64,000 nucleotides of DNA from Mantamonas sphyraenae STR306 (lineage: Eukaryota; Protista; CRuMs), in contig JAPMXV010000016.1 in NCBI GenBank assembly GCA_026936335.1, positions 124,001 to 188,000 on the forward strand, written 5' to 3'. Position 1 is the stretch's first letter, and each line of letters begins with the position of its first letter. Both the position numbers and the translations under genes were made by a program. The notes under the pieces are model-generated. The model had not been told where the DNA came from. It searched no databases and worked only from the letters and a program-made list of their open reading frames with translations. This document shows, piece after piece, positions 22,870-36,185 of this stretch.

Positions 22870-25330
22870 TCAGCGCCAAAAGGCAAACCCGTCGCCATTC
22901 AGCCAGTTGAACTGCTGGCCTGTGCTGGCCTTGTAGTAGTACATGCGGGAGTAAAACACCATGAGCATGCCGTTACCCACCATGAGCATCCACCACATAA
23001 ACACGTTCCACAACCAGTAACCCTTGCGGATGCGCGTGAGAAAGACAAAGAGCACGCCCGGGCCGCCAAACATCAGCCTGTGAGGTGGGGACAAAGGGCA
23101 ACCGTGGGTGTGAGTGTGTGCGTGGACGTGGAGCGGATGTTGCGTGACAGTTGCCCGTGTTTGGAGGGTGGACAGTGGCGCAAACGTACAGCAACAGCGG
23201 GAAAAAGAACCCAAAGGCGATGGCCAGGATGTACTCGTGTACCAGGGCCGAGATGAGAAACGTGAGCAGCATGGCGATGTTGCGAGAGACGTTGAGGCGT
23301 GTGGCTTCCACAAAGATGTACTCCCACAGAAAGTCGTGCACGAGGCCGTTCCACTTTCGGTAGTAGGCGCTCCACGACGTGGAGTTCCACCAGTCCAGGT
23401 AGAACTGGCGATCGGCAAACCCTGTAAGCTCGGCAAACGCATTCCTGTGGAGGTGGTGAGAATCGCACGAGGGGTGTGTGAGTGTGCGTGTATCTGGCTC
23501 CATCGAGGTTTTTGCTCGCTGCGGAAACAACAACTCACATCCACGCGTGCAGAACGCCGAAGAAACCCATGAGGAAAACACCTGTGCCCGGGAGCATGGA
23601 GTGGAACACCTGCTGGGCAATGATCTTGGGGTCGTTGCTCTGCGACTCGAGCATGGGCCAGCAGTAGCGAACAAAAATGGTGTAGGTGTAAAAGGTGGCA
23701 CCAAACACCTCGAGCATGTGAGAGACGACCACACGCCAGCGGATGGGTCCCGGGCTGCGCGGATACTTCTTCTTAAAGATGAGAGCAGGGGCCCACAGAA
23801 AGTACCAAAAGGTGTTGAAGTTGCCTCCGTCCTGACCCTTGTGATAGAGGGCCAGCTGCTCGCGACAGTACGAGTGCACCTTCATGCACATGCGCACCTG
23901 TTCCGACATGACGGTGATGGCTGTGGCTGGCGGCAGTTTGTGTTGCGTGGTCATGTGTGTGGCCACGTACGTCTCGGCGATCATCACAAACACGTACCAC
24001 ACGCGAGCACACCACAGCGGCAACTGGCGCTTGTGGACCGCACGTACCACCGGATACAAGGACAGCGTGATGCCAAACAGGGTGATCCACGCCTGTGCCC
24101 CCACCTCCCACTTGGAGAAGATCCAGTAGAACAGCTTCAAATCCACCAGTTCCCCGTCGTTCGCCCAATTCTCCAGCATGATGTTGATGCCAAACACAAG
24201 CAACGCCGCAATAAAGATGTTTTTGATCGTGTTGAAGTGGCCAATTTTCAGCATCTCGCTGTGACGGGTGGCGGTCAGGGGCGACAAGGGTTTTCGTCGT
24301 CAGCGCTTTGTGCATCCTCCCCCCCCCCCACGTGGCGCACACTTACATCAGCAGCGAGTTGCGTGGCACGTATTCCTTGGGCCCTCGTATGCGCTTGCTG
24401 CGTCGATTCTCCCGTTGTTGTTTTCTGTGCTCCCTCGTGTGTGTGTCAGTGCAGATTCTGCCAAACTCCACAATTTTCTCGGGCGATTTTGGTGCCATCC
24501 CGGTTTCACGTCCTTCGCGCCGGCGTTGCCTGACCCCAAGGTCTTGAAAGTGGATGCGGAGGGTACGTGTGTGTGTGTGTGTGTAGTGCGTGGAGTGTGT
24601 GTGGCGTGAAGCACCTACCCTTCGGCCAACGTGCGTACGGTGTTTTGTGCTTCGCTGCTCGACAGGATCTTGCGCCTGCGAATGGCGCCCAGCTCGTCGG
24701 AAAGACGCTTCACCTGCGCATCGATGGCTGGTTGGATCACCGTCGTCATTTCCTGGTGCGTGCGCTCCAGCATCTCCTCCAGATCGGCTGCCCGCTCCTG
24801 TGCCTCACGCTTCTCTCGGTTAGCACGTTCCAACTCGCCACGCAGAGTTGCCAGCGCCAGGTTCTTGCCTGGTTGTGTGAACGCCACCGCACGCACGTGT
24901 CCTCGTGTCAGTGCCCTCCTTCCATCTGCTTGGCCGTGTGTGCACGCACTTTCGCGCTGTGCGACGCCTCCTTCGCTCCCGTGAGAGCGGTGTGACACAC
25001 GGAGAAAAATTGGTTGTTGAGCAGCCCCCAACTCCACAACTCACCTGCTTCCGGAACGTCGGCGGTGTTTTGCGACGCCAAATGCAACGCTTGACTCAGC
25101 TGCAGGTTGAGCAGTTCATACTTGTCTGCTGCATCCACTGCGTCCTTGGTGATGCGTTCGTGTTGCTCACGCACCGCTTGTTCACGCGTTGTGGACCCCA
25201 CCACATCCTCCACCTCCTCCCCATTGTCCATTCCCTCCTCAACCACCTCCTCTTCCTGCATCTTGCGACCCGAGTTGCCTCCCCGTTGTCGCGCTTCCGT
25301 CACGTGACGCTTGGACGTGCTTGACGACAT
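22870..25330 (-). CDS. SOAT1: Sterol O-acyltransferase (ACAT/SOAT, MBOAT family), ~6 exons
   Basis: Motifs RNSLL, MKVHSY, YFLWAPAL, NAFAELTGFADRQFYLDWWNS, WNGLVHDFL and SALVHEY (catalytic His). Junction phases are consistent. Confidence 0.93.
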
Positions 25331-25523
25331 CGTGTTGGCGACACCCGCGCACACACATCACGACACTGCAAGAGAGTGTGCCACCATGGATTACACACGG
25401 TGTTGTTTGTTCAAGGGGCTGTTCAGGCAAGGGGGGGGAAGGTTGTTGTTTTGCATTTGCAAGGGGCCACCGTTGGCCCAGGATTCTTGAGTCATTCCTT
25501 CGCTTTCCACACGTCCATCATCG

Positions 25524-28500
25524 TCACTCGTCCTTGTTCTTCTTGCCCACGCTGGCCGGCTTCTTGTCGTTCGAATCCATGGCGCGGCTGATGAACTTGA
25601 GCACCTCGTCCAGGACAATGACGGGCAGGGAAAAGGCCATGACGATCTCCCAGTGCTCGGCAGTGAGCGGGAACACGCCAAACAGGTTGGCCAGGAAGGG
25701 CACATACAGGATGGCCACGTGCTGGGCCATCGACAGCATGATGGCCCAGATCAGATACGGGTTCATCCACGGCGGCATGCTCAGGATGCTCTGGTTCTCC
25801 GAGGTGGCGTTGAACGCGTTCAGCATCTCAATGGTCACCAGAATCGACAGCGAAATGGTCGACGGGATGATGATGCCCGCGCCGGCCGACACTGTCTTCC
25901 ACGAAAACAGCTGGCACGCAGCAAACGCACCCTCCTCCGGGAAGTGCGTGCTGTAGAACGGCAGCGCGGCGCGGTACACGCCGGCAAACAGGTCTGCGTC
26001 GGAGCACTTGAGGTGGTTCACCAGCTGCGTGTACGTCAGCTGCGGGCCCGATGCCATGTACATGTAGTACCAGGCAAAGCCGCCCACGGTGGCCGCACCC
26101 ACATACACACCAATCACCAGGTAGCGCACAAACATCCACCCGTTGACAATGGGTTCGTCACTCGAGCGGGGCGGCTGCTCCATAATGTCCGAGTCGGGCG
26201 GGTTGAAGCCCAGCGCCGTGGCGGGCAGGCCGTCGGTGACCAGGTTGACCCACAGGAGCTGCACGGGCACCAGTGCCTCGGGCATGCCCGTGATGGCCGT
26301 GAGAAAGATGCTCACCACCTCGCCGATGTTGGACGAGATCAGGTAGCGGATGAACTGCTTGGTGTTGTTGTAGATGGCACGGCCCTCCTCCACCGCCGTC
26401 ACAATCGTGGCAAAGTTGTCGTTGGCCAGCACCATCGCCGCCGCACCCTTGGCCACGTCCGTGCCAGAGCCCATCGCCACACCAATGTCTGCCTTCTTCA
26501 GCGCCGGCGCGTCGTTCACGCCGTCGCCCGTCATTGCCACCACGTGGCCCTGCTCCTGCAGCAGCTCCACCAGACGCTTCTTGTGCGCCGGCTCCGTGCG
26601 CGAAAACAGATTGCATCGCTTCACCGCCTCCTGCTGCTCCTCTGCGCTCAGGTCGTTGAACTCGCGGCCCGTCATGCTCTTGCCCTCCAGGTCCTCGTCT
26701 GCGCCAAACACGCCAATCTTGCGGCAGATGCTCTCGGCCGTGCCCTTGTTGTCACCCGTGATCACAATCACACGGATGCCCGCGGCGCGGCACTCGGCAA
26801 TCGAGCCCGCCACCTCCAGACGCGGCGGATCGCGCATGCCCACAAAGCCCACAAAGGTCAGGTTCGACTCGATGTCCGCAAAGTTGTCCGGCTCGCCGTA
26901 GTCCATCTCCTCGTTGCTCGGCGGCGAATCCGTGTAGGCCATGGCCAGGCAGCGCAGCGTGTGCTCGCCGCCGCTGTACGTGGCAAAGCTCTCCAGGATT
27001 TCCTGGCGAATGTTGGCCGTCATCTCCACGGGCTTGCTGGCGCCCTGCAGACGCACGTGCGAGCAGCGCTCCACAATGGCCTCGGGGGCACCCTTGACCA
27101 GCAGCTGCTTGTTCTTGGCCGAGCCGCGGCCGCGCGTCTTGACGGACGACACCGGCTGCACCAGCACCGACATGCTCTTGCGCTTGCGGTTGAACTCGAG
27201 GATGGTCTCGCGCTGCCACACGGCCTTGAAGTGGTCGCTCACGGGCAGCAGCGAGTTGTCGTCGGTCAGGTAGTTGCTGGGCACCGACGACGACGAGGAG
27301 ATGGGCGGCACGCCAATCTTCTCCGCCAACACCTTGAGGGCACTCTCGGTGGCATCGCCCACCTTTTCAAACGCACCACTCTTGGCGTTCTTGTGCACGC
27401 TGGCCTCGTTGCACAGGGTGCAAATCTTGGCCAGGTCGGCCAGCAGCTTGTCCTCCGCAGGCACCTCCAGCACCTCGCCCTCGTACGAAATCTCGCCGTC
27501 GGACGGGTTGAACGAGTTGCCCTCCACGTCGTACACGGTGGCACGGTGCTGCTGGTTGACCACCACAATCTTGTTGGCACACATCTGGTTCGTCGTCAGC
27601 GTGCCGGTCTTGTCCGAGCAGATCACCGTGGTGCAACCCAGCGTCTCCACAGAGGGCAGCGAGCGCACAAACGCCTTCTTCTTGGCCATGCGTGCCGTAC
27701 CCAGGGCCAGGCACGTGGTCACCACCGCGGGCAAGCCCTCGGGGATGGCTGCCACGGCCAGAGCCACGGCAATCTTAAAGTAGTAGATGGCACCCGCCAC
27801 AAAGCCACCCTCGCGGTCGGCAAAGTGGGGCACGTTGACAACCCAGACGACGAGGCAGATCACGGCAATGACCTTGCCCAGCAGCTCGCCAAAGTCGTCG
27901 ATCTTCTTCTTGAGCGGCGTGAGTTCGTCGTCGGTTTCCATCAGGTCGCGGCGAATGTCACCCATGGCCGTGTTGGTGCCGGTCTGCACCACGCAGCCCA
28001 GCGCCTTGCCCACCTCGATGTTGGTGCCTGCAAACAGCATGTTGATCTTGTCCGGCACGGTGGCCCCCTCGTCGTCCACGGGCTCCAGCACCTTGCGCAC
28101 CGCGTTGGTCTCGCCCGTGAGCAGCGCCTGGTCCGCCTTGATCGACGAACTGATCATTTGGATGAGACGCATGTCGGCAGCCACCATCTTGCCCACGTCC
28201 ACCTCGACAATGTCGCCGGGCACCAGATCGGCGGTGGGCACCACCACCGTCTTGCCGTTGCGACGCACCACCGCCTCGTGCGCCTCGTACTGCTTCAGGG
28301 CCTCAATGGCCTGTTCCGCGTTGTTCTCTTGCATCACGCCCACGGCGGCGTTGGCAATCAGGATCACCAGGATCACAAACGGCTCCACAAATGCGGTCGA
28401 CTTGTCCTCGCCCTCCTCAAAGAAGGCCAGCACCTGTGTGCGTGAATGCCCCAATTTTTGTGCCCGTGTGGGTTGGGTGGGTGGGTGGTGAACCAGTTGG

Positions 28501-29361
28501 CAAGTGGACAGTGTGTGAGTGGGTGCGTGTGTGGGCGGAGGCGCCGGGTTGCTTGCCGGGACGGCGAGTGCGGAAAGTGGCGCGCATGACGTCACGGGAA
28601 CAAACGCCAGCCACAGGGCCACCGGAGCATGGCAGGACCATACACACGTGCTGGGAGGCGAGGGGATGTGCATGTGTGGCGATGGGTGGATGCGAGCGTG
28701 TGGAGGGCGAGTGGCATCATCGCCGGTGAGGGGCTCCAAGCCCGAGCGGCATGTGTACGCGGAAACACGGCGGCGTCAAGTGAAGTTGGGTGTGGGTCCC
28801 ACACGTGTGGTCACCACACGCCACCAGACACTTGAGACACACAACGTACAAAGGAGATGGCTGCAGCCAGCAGCAGAATCTGGACAAAGGTGTCGTCAAA
28901 CTGCTTGAGGACAAGCAGCCAGAAGGGGGTCTCTGTGGGAGCAGCATCGAGTGTGTGTGTGTGTGCGTGTGAGACAACAGCCTTACGAGAGTGCCACGAG
29001 GGGCAATACAAGCCCATGGAAAGTCAGGCGCCTGTGCACATACGCTCTTCAGCCGGGTACTCTGTGGAGCAGTGGTGGTGGTGGTGGTGTGGGAGGCAAG
29101 GTCAGCGACGGGACGGAAAAATCGCGCCAAAAAACGGGCAAGTGGCGACGGGTGCCAAAGGGGGGACATAGGCGGGCACAGGCGGGGCATCACAGGTGGC
29201 AAAGCATGGCAGGGTGTTTGGAGTCACGTACCGTTCTTGCCAAAGGCTTCACGGTTGTCCAGCACCTGCTTGTCGGACAAGCCCTTGTCGGCAGTGACCT
29301 CAAAGTGGTCCAGCACCTCGTCCACACTCTTTGTGTGGGCGTTGACGAGCTCCAAAACCAT
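25524..29361 (-). CDS. SERCA: SERCA-type P2A Ca2+-ATPase, 4 exons including an 18-nt micro-exon
   Basis: Exons 29361-29232, 29061-29044, 28932-28850 and 28433-25524. Motifs [49 protein letters not shown] and EMLNA. Confidence 0.97.
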
Positions 29362-29823
29362 GCTTGATCCTGCGTGCAAGGGTGTGATGGTGGGGTCGTG
29401 GGGGCGACAGCGTGCCATGTGTCAGCGATTGCGTGTGTTGCGTGTTTCTGTGTTCCAAGTACTCACGGTGGGGGTTTCGGTTGGCGTGTCATGCGCCATG
29501 GTCCACTCACCACAAAACAAAAACGGCATCACAGGAACAACCAACACAGGCACATTGGTCCGGTTGCGTCCAACATGCCGTGGAGGATTGTCGGCTCCGT
29601 TCGAACATCTTGGAAATGGGAACGAAAACCAGTGCGCTAGCGCCGGCACCCAAAAACGAACAACAGGTAGGCTGACGCATTGCAAACGAACGCGGACGCA
29701 GGCACGGATGCAATTGCAGCACACGTGTGTGGCAAAGCACATGGGAGATGGAAGCACATGCACGCGTGATGGACGCTGACACGGGACGTGGAAAAACTCG
29801 GGTGCACGCATTTGCAGAAGAAC

Positions 29824-31027
29824 ATGAGCAGCAAGGGAGAGGAAGACGACGTTCCCATGTTCAAGGTCATCCTGGTGGGCGACGGAGGTGTCGGCAAGGT
29901 AAGCCACGAGTGAAGGGGGTGGTCCATGGTGGGCTAGCATGGGGCACACCACTGTGTGCAAGGGCGTGGAAAGCGCGCGCGGCCCTTCCGGAAATTGCGG
30001 CGAACTGCAACCACGTTGGGCGTCCGTGCGCCTGCACCATGCCATGTACACACACACGGTTGCCACCCACGCATGCTTACGTGCCTGGCCTGCCTGGGGC
30101 TTTCTTTCTGCGTCTCAACGACGTCCCGGTGGCCATCCCGGACGCGTTGTTCGTCCGTCGTTCCCCCGTTTTTCCTTACACCGGCGTCCGTCTCGATCAC
30201 GTCTCTCCCTCGCAGACTACCTTTGTCAAGCGCCATCTCACGGGCGAGTTTGAGAAGAAGTACATGGGTCAGTTGCATTCCAACGGTGTCCCGTTTGGGG
30301 GCACGCACAACCTGCGCTCGTCAAGCGCAGTGCGTCCTTTCTCGGATCAGCGTTCGCTGCCTTTTTTTTTTTGGCGCGCATGATCACCACCGGCTCCTCC
30401 GTTTTCCTCGTCTTTTCCTCTACCTGATCAGGAAAAGTAGTCGACTGACACAGCATGGCACGGGTATACACACACACACAAATTCACACAAACCATACAG
30501 CCACAATCGGTGTGGAGGTGCACCCGCTGGAGTTCTACACGACGCACGGACGCATTGTGTTCAACGTGTGGGACACTGCCGGCCAGGAGCGCTTCGGTGG
30601 TCTGCGCGACGGATACTACATCCTGGGTGACGCGGCCATCATCATGTTTGACGTGACGTCCAAGATCACGTACAAGAACGTGCCCAACTGGTACCGCGAC
30701 ATCAGCCGCGTGTGCGACGACATCCCGATCTGCCTGTGCGGCAACAAGATCGACGTCAAGGAGCGCAAGGTCAAGGCCAAGACAATCAACTTCCATCGCA
30801 AGAAGGGTCTGCAGTACTACGAGCTGTCCGCAAAGAGCAACTACAACTTTGAGAAGCCCTTCCTGTGGATTGCCCGCAAGCTGTCCGACGACAACAACCT
30901 GGACCTGGTGGAGGAGCCGGCCCTGGAGCCGCCTGAAGAGGAGGTCGACGAGGAGCTCGTCGCTGGCTACGAAGAGGAGCTGGCCGAGGCTGCCGGTGTG
31001 CCCATTGGTGAGGAAGACGACTTTTGA
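29824..31027 (+). CDS. RAN: GTP-binding nuclear protein Ran, 3 exons
   Basis: Exons 29824-29898, 30216-30267 and 30501-31027. [52 protein letters not shown], acidic tail EEDDF. Confidence 0.98.
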
Positions 31028-31297
31028 TCAGCTCGTCCACCAGCCCAACAACTGCGGCCACAAAAGTCCGCGAAAACAAAGATCTGGAGCAGTCCACACA
31101 CAGCCCCAAAGGCAACAAATGCCACCATTCTTACTCCCTCTGTGCCCATGGTTTTGATTTGCGAACGGGCGGGGAGGCGGGCAACTCTTGCACAGCACCT
31201 TTCTGCGACATTCTTCCATTTCCTTCAAACACATTAACACACAAACACACACACACACACACACACCACGGTTGTGCGCAAGACCCTTCAAGACCCT

Positions 31298-33262
31298 TCA
31301 AATCAACGTCTCGATGGGCTGCTCCTCCAGCCATGTCTTGTGGGTGAGGTCATACAGCGAATCGGTGACGCTAATCTTGTGCGCCTTCCCCTGGCCCGGA
31401 ATGGCAAACAGCGAGGCTGGGAACAGCTGCAGCTGTGTCTGGCAATACTTGCGTGCATCCTCCAACGAGACGGGATCCGTTGTGCGTTTGCCGTCCCACA
31501 CGAGAGTGTGCAGCTTCTCCACCTTGCTGCCCTTGACGTACGCACGCTTGCTTTCCTCAAAGGCATGGCGACACAGCATCGGCTTTCCCTCCTCTGGTTC
31601 CTCGTCTACACCGGGCAGCAGCATGAGGTCAACCATGGGTACGCCCTGGGCGTTGTAAAAGCGGTATGTGTCCTTCTTGCCCGGAATGGTCACCTTCATC
31701 AGGGCGTTGCTGAGCTTGATGCGTGGTTTGCCATTGACCTGCACCAGCTTGTACACACAGCCCAGGGCAGGCTGTGCCTTGCAGGTGACAAGGTGTGTGC
31801 CTACGCCAAAGACGTCGATTTGGTGCTGGTCCTCCACCAACTTCAACAGCTTGTACTCGTCGATGTCGTCACTGGCCACAATGGTCAGATGGCCCAGCAT
31901 TCCTTCGTACTTGGCGTCCACACTCTCCATGATCTGGCGCACCTGACGCGACAGAAACGCCAGATCGCCCGAGTCCAAACGCACCCCGACGGGTTTGTAG
32001 CCCAGCTCCGCCAACGCCAGAGCCACACACAAAAAGTTGAGACAGCCCGAACGCAGTGTGTCATAGCTGTCAATCAGGGCCAGGAATCCCGACGGGAACG
32101 CCTGCGCATAGGCCACAAACGCTGCCAGCTCGCCTTCGTTGGTCGTCTCCCATCCCAGTTCCGAGCGATACTTGAGCACCAGCTCGAGGAAGGGCACAGT
32201 GTCCTCCTCACCCTCTTTGCCCTTGTTGGGATTGGCAATTTCCGTCTGTGTGAGGTCCTCCAGGCTGCTGAACGACGTCACAAACGAGTGAGCCTGTGTG
32301 CCCTTGATGGGCAGACCAAACAGCTTGCCTGCAAGCACGTTGCTGCTGCTGTTGAACCCTCCCAGCATGCAGAATCGCGAGGCCGCAAGTGCTCCATTGG
32401 GTCCCTGAGCACGTCGCAACCCCATCTCCAGCAACGCCACGCCGTCACCCGCTGCCTTGCGCAGCCGCGCCGCTGCTGTCGCCACCAACGATGGGTAGTT
32501 GACGAGATTCAGCAGTGTTGTCTCCATCAGTTGACACACAGCCAGTGGGCCCTCCACACGCAACAGGGGCACACCGGGAAAGACAATGCCCCCTTCGGCC
32601 ACCGCTTCAATCTTCACCTCGGAGCAATCCAGCGTGCGCAGCCACTGTGGGCAGTGAACAACAGGAAGGAGGCACAGGGTAGCATGGTGTGTGTGTACAT
32701 GCGTGTGCAAGTGGGAGGATGGGTGTGAGAGTCAGCGTCTCTGCTCACATGTGCGAGGTGATTTGTCGGGGCTGCGGAGGGCTGGAATTCCACCAGTTGA
32801 ACGAACCTCGAAGAAACCCTGTTGTGTGTCCTCAGGGAACACACTCTGCAGGTACTCGATGTCCTCGTCGGTGTATGAAAAGTTCTCGGCAAACTTGAGG
32901 CAGTCTTCCAGGCCTGCAAAGATTGTAAAGTTGCCCTTGAAGGGACACTGCGTGGTGGGATCGGAGTGGTCAGGATTTTGCTCGTTTTCTTTCCCCCCCC
33001 CACCCCACGCCACTATCCACGGTGCCTCCCAACGGCACGCGGTGGGGCCTCTTCTTACCTTGCGATGGTACAAATCAAACACGGCGTGGTCTTCATGGCG
33101 ACCTGCACACCAGTAGGCGTAGGCCATGGTCAACTGGTACATGTCGGTGAGCATCGGGGTCAGGTACGACGCCTCAAATGCCTCTCTGCTCTCCGACACA
33201 CTCTGTGACGATTGCTGCTCCACACTCTTTTCGTCTGTCGATGACGACGATGAGCTGCTCAT
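31298..33262 (-). CDS. NAPRT: Nicotinate phosphoribosyltransferase, 3 exons
   Basis: Motifs [57 protein letters not shown] and GCVYKLV. Confidence 0.95.
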
Positions 33263-33334
33263 TGCAAAGGGGGGGTGTGGGTTGCGTTCCGCAAGCTTGC
33301 GCTTAGGCACGCTTCTGTACATTTGCCCATCTGA

Positions 33335-33790
33335 TCACACACTGTTCAACAACGCCACCACAAAGAACACAAGCACAAGCACGGCCAGGTGGTTCCCCTG
33401 CGACAACCTGTCCTCTGCTCCGACGGGTGCCGTCGTGTCGGGTTCCTTGATCCCCACATGCTTGTGTCCGCTCAGAGTCCACTCGTTCGGATACTCATAC
33501 CTGGGAGTCCACCACTCGTTGCCCTCTGCATGTGTCTATCCGTGCCCAACCGACCATCCCACACCCGTCCCATGTGTCAGTGCCCGTCCACGCGGCCTCC
33601 AACAACAAACACGAGTGCGCGCCCACACGCCGTCTCCTTCCAGCTCCCTCTGCTCTCTGCAGACACCATTCGCCGTCACACGGACAAGACACGCGACGGC
33701 ATGCATGCAATCCCCCCCCCCCCCCCCCCCCTTCCAGCGTCACCCTCCTACCTTGGCATCCAAGTCCCGAGGCAATTTGAGCTCGGTCAT
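33335..33790 (-). CDS. Possible small tail-anchored membrane protein (~85 aa, 3 exons; not in the ORF track)
   Basis: The model 33790-33752, 33656-33629, 33525-33335 splices in frame at GT-AG sites and ends HLAVLVLVFFVVALLNSV-TGA. No family recognised. Confidence 0.35.
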
Positions 33791-33890
33791 GGGCGGCGGC
33801 AACGACGGGAAAACGATTGGCCCCAACTTCGCATTCCACTGCCACCGTTCATCACTCTCAATCCTCATCATGCTTCATCCAATCACCCAC

Positions 33891-35957
33891 TCACACTCCC
33901 ATCTCGTCCAGTCGCGTGAGGGCGTTGAAGAGACGCATTTGGCAGCGATTCTCAAAGTCAAAGTCCTTGTAGGTCTTTGCGGTGTCAAACACCACACGAG
34001 CCTCTGCATGGTTGCCCACCTCCATCTGGATGATGCCCGAGGCGTACATGCTAAACGGGACGGTGTGCAACTCCTCCTTGATGGCCTCCTCCTGGTCCTG
34101 GATCTCTGTGAAGCAGTCGTACGCCTCGCTGGCCTGGTCGAGGGCCTTGAGCACGTAGCCCTTGATCAGCAGACACACGGCCAGGGCATCGGCAGTGCCA
34201 ATGTCTCCGCTGGCCATCCCTGCCCGTTGGGCCTCCAACTCCTCGTCCACGTCGCTCAGGACGGCGTGCAGGTTCTCCTCGGACATTTGGTGGAACACGT
34301 TCCACATGACCAGCAGCTCGTACATGGGAAACAGAAGCAGACGCTTGCTCTCGTCGCCTGCGTTGCTCTTTTTGCTCTTCTTCTTGCCCTTCTTGCCCAC
34401 CGCCTGCTGCACACGCCGCAGAATGAACTTTTCCACCGGGATCATCTTGCCTGCAAAGCGACGGCGCACAAGGTCTGGGATCATTGTCAACACCTCGATG
34501 GCCTCGTCACGTTTGCCCTGATGCACCAGGTTCGCTGCCTGTGCATACCTGTAAAAGGCCTTGCTCCAGGCACTCTCCTCGGCCATGGTGCGGTACATGG
34601 GCACCGCCTCGCCAAAGTTGCGCTGCAGTGCATGGATCCAACCCAACTCGTACATGCACAGGTGTTGCAACTGCAACCATTCCTGCTGCACACTCATGGC
34701 ATGCGTGAATCCCTCCACCGCAGAGTCCAGCTTGCAGAGTGCACGATCCAGGCGAGCTTTGAGCCAGAGCACGAGGGCACCGCGTGGGAAGCGTGCCACC
34801 AGGTCGTCCACCACCGCCTGTGCATGCTCGGCATACTCCTGAGGGAGACGACCACCACGCACAAACGGGGTGATCACCACGTATTGGATCATCAGCACCA
34901 GCGCAGACACTGTGGAACGACTCTCCATGGCCTCGTACGATCGAGTCAGCATGCGGATGCCAAACTCACGATCTGCGGAGAAGCCCAGCATCTCCACAAT
35001 GCGCATCAGGGACGCAGGGACGAAACTCAGAATCACGTTGAACAGCCCCAACCCAAAGCACAACGCCTCATGTTCCGGTTCCTTCAGCTTCTTCAACAAA
35101 TCTGCAGTGTCCTCCTGCGTCCCTTGCGTCTGTTTCTCCCGCACCTGTTCCAGCTTGGCCTTTGCGGCAGCCTCGTCGCCGTCGTCGTCGTTGTCGTCAT
35201 CGTTGTCACCACCCACCTTGGCACCGGAGGTGGAGGATGAGGATGATGATGAAGACGGCTGTGATTGGGTGACGTCGTCGTCGTCGTCGTCGTCTGCCAC
35301 GAGATCGGTACCGGACCAGAGGGACATGTACATCTGGTAGCTTTTGCGAAAGTTGAGGCCGCCCTTGATGTAGGAGGCAAGGCTCTCCTGACACAACTGG
35401 ACGATGCCATACATCATGGTTGCTTCAGCACAGCAGACGGTGGCCTCAAAGTTCATGTGCACCTCGTCGGCGGTGCGGTCCTCCTCCTTTTTCGCCCGCG
35501 AGAAAAACCCGTCGCGCAACCGGTAGCCGTTGGCCAGCGTGCTGGCATGGGAAAGGGCCGTGGCCGCACGATCCAAATCTTCGGGGTCGAATGTCATGAG
35601 GGCGTTGAGGAAGAGGACGCAGGCGTGGCCCACGGCGTTGTACGGGTCCACGGTTTCCCACCGGCCGAACAACACGTCGCTGGCATGGAAGTTGGAATTC
35701 AGATTCAACTCCAACGCACCCAACGCACGTTCGCGCAGCTCCTCTTGGGGCCATTGGGCCAACGGTTTCGTTTCCGCTGCCACCCCTTGCTTCTCTTCCG
35801 CCTCCGCAAGCTCCAACCACACCGCTTCGGGTTTGCGCAGCCCGCCCTGCTGCTCTCCTGCGCTCACCAACGCCTCCTTCACAAGCTGATCGTGCAGCTC
35901 CTCGTCTCCCTCTGCATCAAAGAATTCGTCCTCGTCGCTGCTGCTGTCGTCTGCCAT
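33891..35957 (-). CDS. TTC39: TTC39/Iml2 family TPR protein
   Basis: Intronless. GLGLFNVILSFVP..IVEMLGFSADREFG, FPRGALVL, QLQHLCMYELGW, ESAWSKAFYRY, AGKMIPVEKF, YKDFDFENR. Confidence 0.9.
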   Translation of the reverse strand: MADDSSSDEDEFFDAEGDEELHDQLVKEALVSAGEQQGGLRKPEAVWLELAEAEEKQGVAAETKPLAQWPQEELRERALGALELNLNSNFHASDVLFGRWETVDPYNAVGHACVLFLNALMTFDPEDLDRAATALSHASTLANGYRLRDGFFSRAKKEEDRTADEVHMNFEATVCCAEATMMYGIVQLCQESLASYIKGGLNFRKSYQMYMSLWSGTDLVADDDDDDDVTQSQPSSSSSSSSTSGAKVGGDNDDDNDDDGDEAAAKAKLEQVREKQTQGTQEDTADLLKKLKEPEHEALCFGLGLFNVILSFVPASLMRIVEMLGFSADREFGIRMLTRSYEAMESRSTVSALVLMIQYVVITPFVRGGRLPQEYAEHAQAVVDDLVARFPRGALVLWLKARLDRALCKLDSAVEGFTHAMSVQQEWLQLQHLCMYELGWIHALQRNFGEAVPMYRTMAEESAWSKAFYRYAQAANLVHQGKRDEAIEVLTMIPDLVRRRFAGKMIPVEKFILRRVQQAVGKKGKKKSKKSNAGDESKRLLLFPMYELLVMWNVFHQMSEENLHAVLSDVDEELEAQRAGMASGDIGTADALAVCLLIKGYVLKALDQASEAYDCFTEIQDQEEAIKEELHTVPFSMYASGIIQMEVGNHAEARVVFDTAKTYKDFDFENRCQMRLFNALTRLDEMGV

Positions 35958-36185
35958 TGGTTCAGGGAGGGGAAGGGGGGAACGTGTTGGGCCGTTTGGA
36001 GCAAAGACCAGACCAGACCCGCTTCATCGTGGCAGTTGCCCACTCGATGCGCATGGGGAGACGTGTGTGCGTGTGTTGGTGTGTGGAATGGGAAGTTTGC
36101 ACGTGAGTGGACTGCACAGGTGTGAGTGAGGGAGGACGGGGTGTGGGTGTGTGCGTGGGCGGAGGCAAACAAGGCAAGCTCGCTG

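Noticed and set aside
30380-30450. Box C/D snoRNA in Ran intron 2 (ATGATC...CTGA)
   Set aside because: Box C is imperfect and I could not identify an rRNA-complementary guide.
318-30500. Introner-type mobile introns
   Set aside because: The introns show no extended mutual similarity or terminal repeats by eye.
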